A DNA stretch of 64,000 nucleotides from the NCBI GenBank assembly GCA_963718875.1, contig OY970378.1:1075691-1139690 (forward strand), written 5' to 3'. A program made the position numbers and the translations under genes. Source of the DNA: Candidatus Parcubacteria bacterium. GTDB taxonomy: Bacteria > Patescibacteriota > Saccharimonadia > UBA4664 > JBIOIQ01. Below, one piece after another: positions 59,773 through 64,000 of the stretch (the first letter of the stretch is position 1; the number at the start of each line of letters is the position of its first letter). The notes under the pieces were generated by a model that was given only the letters and a program-made list of their open reading frames with translations, had not been told where the DNA came from and made no database searches.

Positions 59773-60264
59773 TTAATGAGAGCCTTTGGGCTTTATAAAC
59801 ATCCCAACAATAATGGCTATTGGCACTGCGGCTAGCCATACTAGGCGCAGATTAAACAGTTGAGTCGCAATCTGGGAATTGTTGAGGTATTCTACTGTCG
59901 TCTTAGGATCCATTAAATGCATGTAGCTTGCCACTATTAGGCAGGCGATCAACACGCTAGTGACAAGTGTAATAATAAGGCCTTTTTGGTGCTTTTTTGA
60001 CTTTGAATGTTTCCCAAAGGCCAAAAACAAAATTGGAGCTACAAATAGACTTAGGCGGATGCTGGCGGGAGCAAAGGACTGCCCGTGGCCGTTTACAAAG
60101 TCACCCACTATCCCGCTGAGCTCGTAGGCTAGAGCCAGGCCAACATAGATCGTCAATGCGAATGATCTCAGGCGTTCTTGGCCGAGGGCAAACCCAAACA
60201 GGACTACCAGAGCAAACGTGCCCAGAATTACAACATCAACCGATAAATTTATATGTGGTAGCAT
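59773..60264 (-). CDS. small multi-pass membrane protein (possibly CvpA-like)
   Basis: 4 predicted TM helices. Start at internal ATG. Confidence 0.3.
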   Translation of the reverse strand: MLPHINLSVDVVILGTFALVVLFGFALGQERLRSFALTIYVGLALAYELSGIVGDFVNGHGQSFAPASIRLSLFVAPILFLAFGKHSKSKKHQKGLIITLVTSVLIACLIVASYMHLMDPKTTVEYLNNSQIATQLFNLRLVWLAAVPIAIIVGMFIKPKGSH

Positions 60265-60356
60265 TTTTATTACGCTTAAGCTTCTTCTGTAAGTATACCA
60301 CGACGACAAGCGCTCCTAGCAATCAATGGGCCTATCAGGTTACAATTAAGGTTGTT

Positions 60357-61538
60357 ATGCCAAATTGGATTCACAATGCCGTTATATACCAAATATTTAT
60401 AGACCGCTTCGCTGGCTATGCCCCAAACGCGGACGATTCCAGGCCAGAGTGGTGCGGCGGTAATTTAGCCGGGATAACAAGTAAACTAGACTATCTTGCA
60501 GATTTAGGGGCAACTGCATTGTGGGCCACCCCTTTTTTAAAAGCCGCTGATTACCATGGCTATAGTACGGTTGACTTATACCAAGTAGACCCCCATTTTG
60601 GTACGCTAGCTGATGCAAAAAAACTGGTCCAGGAGTGCCATAAACGCGGTATTAAATTTATTTTGGACTTTACCGCCAACCATGTATCGGAATACCATCC
60701 ATTTTTTATTGAGGCAAAAAGAGATCAAAAAAGCCCATACCGCGATTGGTTTTACTTTGACCCTAAAAATCCTGATACTTATTTAACATTTTTACAATTT
60801 ACGACTTTGCCCAAGATTAATTTGGATTTTGGCCCAGCCAGAGAGCATGTAATAGGTAGTGCATTACATTGGATTTCTGAGCTCGATATTGACGGAATTC
60901 GTCTGGATCATGCGGTAGGTCCAAGTTTGGACTTTTGGAGTGAGTTTGGACGACGTTGCCGAGAGTTAAAACAGGATATTGTACTGCTTGGAGAAGTGGC
61001 TTTTTTTGGTGTTAAACCAATTGATCTAAAAACTTTTTTACTGCCAAGTGCGCGGCGAATTTATTGGAGCAATAAAATGTTGATCGGAGACCCTTTTGCG
61101 GCTGCAGTAAAAGAATATGTAGGCATACTTGATGGCTGTTTTGATTTTGGTTTTCGTGAAACGATGGATAGGTTTGCAAAGGATGAATTAGACGAGAGTC
61201 AGGTGCGAAAAAGGCTTGCCAAACATTATCGTCGCTTACCGGCTAAATATATACTTCCGACTTTTCTAGACAATCAAGACTATAGCCGATATTTATACCT
61301 AGCCAACCAGAGTTACGACAAACTTAAAGCCGCTTTAACCATTCAGTTTAGCTTTCCACACCCTAAAGTTATTTATTACGGCAGTGAAGTTGGCATGACC
61401 CATAAAGACGTGGTGGTGCAAAACTCTGGCTGGGCCGGAGACTTACCCACTAGACGTAAAATGAATTGGAATCCAAACGCCAAAGAGCAGGAGCTGTTAG
61501 GATTTTATAAAGAGCTAATTGCAAAATCAAAGGCTTGA
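60357..61538 (+). CDS. GH13 alpha-amylase family enzyme
   Basis: DGIRLDHAV (catalytic Asp region), GEV, FLDNQD. Start at ATG 60357 with AAGG RBS. Confidence 0.75.
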   Translation: MPNWIHNAVIYQIFIDRFAGYAPNADDSRPEWCGGNLAGITSKLDYLADLGATALWATPFLKAADYHGYSTVDLYQVDPHFGTLADAKKLVQECHKRGIKFILDFTANHVSEYHPFFIEAKRDQKSPYRDWFYFDPKNPDTYLTFLQFTTLPKINLDFGPAREHVIGSALHWISELDIDGIRLDHAVGPSLDFWSEFGRRCRELKQDIVLLGEVAFFGVKPIDLKTFLLPSARRIYWSNKMLIGDPFAAAVKEYVGILDGCFDFGFRETMDRFAKDELDESQVRKRLAKHYRRLPAKYILPTFLDNQDYSRYLYLANQSYDKLKAALTIQFSFPHPKVIYYGSEVGMTHKDVVVQNSGWAGDLPTRRKMNWNPNAKEQELLGFYKELIAKSKA

Positions 61539-61798
61539 CTATGGAAAGAGATGAGCGATTTTTGGATAGTGACAGCCGAGTTGTTCAATGGCCATCCAAG
61601 CAGGCAGATAAAGAATCAATTTTGGGATACTTAGCTAGCAAGTTTAGTAAGGAGCGGCCTTATAGCGAAATTGAAGTAAATGAAATATTGAAAGAATGGC
61701 ATACCTTTAGTGATTGGCCATTGCTGCGGCGTGAACTTTATGAGCGTGGTTATTTCGACCGGAACATCTCGGGGAGTGAGTACCGGCGACTGAAATGA
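61535..61798 (+). CDS. small DUF2087-like protein
   Basis: Pattern ...WHTFSDWPLLRRELYERGYFDR. Confidence 0.35.
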   Translation: MTMERDERFLDSDSRVVQWPSKQADKESILGYLASKFSKERPYSEIEVNEILKEWHTFSDWPLLRRELYERGYFDRNISGSEYRRLK

Positions 61799-61880
61799 CA
61801 TGACGACTCGACAGATCGACTTGTTTAGTTTATAATTTGGCATTAGGTGAATCCAACGAGTCTTTCGAGGAGGAGTTGAC

Positions 61881-62540
61881 ATGAGCAAAAGCCACACGAT
61901 TTGCATTGATGGAGGTCCGGGGTCTGGAAAGAGCACTGTCGGGATGATGCTCGCCCGATTGCTCGGGTACAGGTTCTTCAGCGCAGGTGATCACTTCCGA
62001 ACCTTCGCTCTGGCTGCACTTCGATATGGAGTTATCCAAGATGGCGAGGTCGACATGACTCGCTGTTTGGAGCTACTTGGCAATGTCGGCATAACAACCG
62101 ACGGCCGCGGAAGCTTCTATCTAAACGGTCTGTTGTTCAAGCAGACTGAGCTTCACTCCAAAGAAGCGACGGCGGCAGTCCACCTCGTAGCAGCAGTGCA
62201 GGAAGTGCGCGATTGGCACAACCGATGCATGCGTGACTATGCCGCAGGGCACGACGGGTGCGTCGTGTTCGAGGGACGACTGACGTGGGAGGTCTTCTCT
62301 GAGGCCATGCACTTTGCCTTCCGCGTACGCGACGAAGTCGCTCACCAGCGGACGACGAGCGGTAAAGGTGCTGACGTGGCGGAAGTCAACCACGATCGGC
62401 ACCGACACGATCTCACAAGGAAAGTTGCTCCAGTTAAGGAAGCTCCGGACGCCCACGTCATTGACACCTCCGATCGAACCCCCGATTCGGTGGTTGAGGA
62501 GATAGATCGAGTCAGAAAAGAGTGGCTGGTCGCCGTATAG
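61881..62540 (+). CDS. cytidylate kinase-like P-loop NMP kinase, high-GC island
   Basis: ICIDGGPGSGKSTVG...SAGDHFR resembles the Cmk N-terminus. GAGGAGG RBS. ~58% GC. Confidence 0.55.
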   Translation: MSKSHTICIDGGPGSGKSTVGMMLARLLGYRFFSAGDHFRTFALAALRYGVIQDGEVDMTRCLELLGNVGITTDGRGSFYLNGLLFKQTELHSKEATAAVHLVAAVQEVRDWHNRCMRDYAAGHDGCVVFEGRLTWEVFSEAMHFAFRVRDEVAHQRTTSGKGADVAEVNHDRHRHDLTRKVAPVKEAPDAHVIDTSDRTPDSVVEEIDRVRKEWLVAV

Positions 62541-62754
62541 CCACTTTCGTAGCACTTAACCGGTCGGATCATCAAATCTGACTGGTCGGCGGGATCCAAG
62601 TATGGATCCCGCCACAACCCAAGGTTTTAATCGCAACGATTGAAGTTTTAGGTTGTCATGACAGCATCAAGACTATTGCCTGAGCCTGTCGAAGGCCTTA
62701 CTTTTATGCCCTTCGATTACACTCAGGGTCTTCGACAGGGAATAAAAGAAACGA

Positions 62755-63855
62755 CTAGCCAAACAACCCTTTACGTTTGGGTTCGGCGGCAAATTGTTCC
62801 AATAGTTGCTTTTGGTGACTAGTAAGTTTGGTGGGGATTTCAACGGTCACTTCTATTAAATGATCCCCTCTCCCCCTTCCGCTGGTATGCGGAACTCCCC
62901 GTTCACTAAGTTTAAAAATTTTACCGCTTTGGGTGCCGGCTGGTATTTTAAGTTTAACATTTCCGTCCACCGTTTCTATCTGCACTTCAGTACCAAGGGC
63001 GGCCTGGACCATGCTGATAGTGGCTTCAGAAATAATGTTTTGACCTTCGCGGTTAAAGCGTTTGTCGCGGCGGACTCGAATATGGATGTATAAGTCACCT
63101 CTATGACCACCTTGGACGGCTTCACCTTGCCCAGTCATTCGAATTGTGTTGCCTTGGTCAACTCCGGCCGGTATTTTGGCCGTAATTTTTTTGGTGTGGC
63201 GAATAACGCCGCGGCCGTTACATTTTGTACAAGGCTTTTCGGGAATTTCACCGATGCCGTGACAGGTGTTACACGGACGGGTTTGGCGGATAGAGCCAAG
63301 GATGGTTTGTTGGACGGAAGCCACCTGTCCGCTACCCTGACATGTAGGGCAGGTTTTTAGCCTGGTTCCGGGCTCCGCGCCCTTGCCATGGCACCGGTCG
63401 CATTCATCTTGCAGTTCAAAAGCCAGCTCGCGCTCTATGCCAAAAACAGCTTCCTGAAAAGTTAAGTCGATGCCAACTTCGATGTCTCGACCGCGGCGTT
63501 CGCGCTGACCACCCCCGCCAAAACCGCCGCCCATGAACTGACTTAGTATGTCGCCCATGTCAAAACCGGCACCGTTAAAATCAAAGCCTCCAAAACCTTG
63601 GGCTCCGCCCCCTCCCCCACCGTTCCCGCCTGGACCGAAGGGTCCGCTGTGGCCATATTGATCGTACTGAGCCTTCTTTTGAGGGTCCTTTAACACATCA
63701 TAGGCCTCGCCCAGCTCCTTAAACTTGGTGTCGTCGCCACCGTGTTTGTCGGGATGGTGCTGCATGGCTTGCTTGCGATAGGCGCGCTTAATCTCGTCCG
63801 CCGAGGCTGACTTTGCAACTCCTAGAACTTCATAGTAATCGCGTTTATCGGCCAT
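62755..63855 (-). CDS. dnaJ: molecular chaperone DnaJ
   Basis: J domain with HPD, G/F-rich region, four CxxCxGxG zinc-finger repeats. Confidence 0.95.
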   Translation of the reverse strand: MADKRDYYEVLGVAKSASADEIKRAYRKQAMQHHPDKHGGDDTKFKELGEAYDVLKDPQKKAQYDQYGHSGPFGPGGNGGGGGGAQGFGGFDFNGAGFDMGDILSQFMGGGFGGGGQRERRGRDIEVGIDLTFQEAVFGIERELAFELQDECDRCHGKGAEPGTRLKTCPTCQGSGQVASVQQTILGSIRQTRPCNTCHGIGEIPEKPCTKCNGRGVIRHTKKITAKIPAGVDQGNTIRMTGQGEAVQGGHRGDLYIHIRVRRDKRFNREGQNIISEATISMVQAALGTEVQIETVDGNVKLKIPAGTQSGKIFKLSERGVPHTSGRGRGDHLIEVTVEIPTKLTSHQKQLLEQFAAEPKRKGLFG

Positions 63856-64000
63856 TACTTCTTAGCTTTCTTTAACATTATAGTTGTCAGTATCAAGCCG
63901 AGACCTGCAAAAACCAGATCTGCTGGCTTGTACTGGATCGGGCCGGAGCCATTCAAGTATCGATCATACATCTGCGGATAATTAAGGTAAAGCTTGCCAT

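Overview
The window reads as a streamlined bacterial genome segment with medium-low GC, roughly 45-48% by hand count of sample 60-mers. Gene content is consistent with a Patescibacteria/CPR-like organism, possibly Saccharibacteria-like: a complete type IV pilus/competence set (pilB, pilC, pilins, pilMNO, ComEC), RNase Y, HU, TsaB/TsaE, RuvABC, YebC, DnaJ, carA/carB plus pyrB, and a glycogen gene set (GlgA-like synthase, alpha-glucan phosphorylase, debranching enzyme, GH13 amylase, GT4).

The first ~10 kb is an integrated mobile/defence element. It ends in a large serine recombinase whose 3' end overlaps tRNA-His. It carries an ATP-dependent CglI/NgoAVII-like R-M system (C5-methyltransferase, PLD-family nuclease, DEAD/Z1 ATPase), a Panacea-domain protein paired with a MazF-like protein, a frameshifted Cas4-like PD-(D/E)XK nuclease, a terminase-small-like HTH protein and a replication-initiator-like protein.

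Four structures outside the gene calls stand out.
- At least eight compositionally distinct single-gene islands sit in intergenic sites, with sampled 60-mers at ~57-65% GC. They include an unmistakable Pup homologue, a cytidylate-kinase-like P-loop protein, a Thr-rich lipoprotein and a Cys-rich mini-protein. Several carry GC-rich palindromic terminators, and some share flanking motifs.
- A four-helix-bundle ('23S rRNA intervening-sequence protein' family) gene sits between imperfect inverted-repeat arms. An 'empty' copy of the same arms lies in the ruvA-ruvB intergenic region.
- An IS200-like HUH Y1 transposase gene (possibly RAYT-type) is flanked by REP-like palindromic repeats, with further REP copies at other gene ends.
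- A ~62-nt two-tier hairpin occurs twice in opposite orientation, with a compensatory base change between copies.

Also present are five tRNAs (His, Arg, Gly, Pro, Lys), a disrupted IS30 element, an 850-bp ORF-free AT-rich region, and several intrinsic terminators. No CRISPR array and no rRNA were seen.
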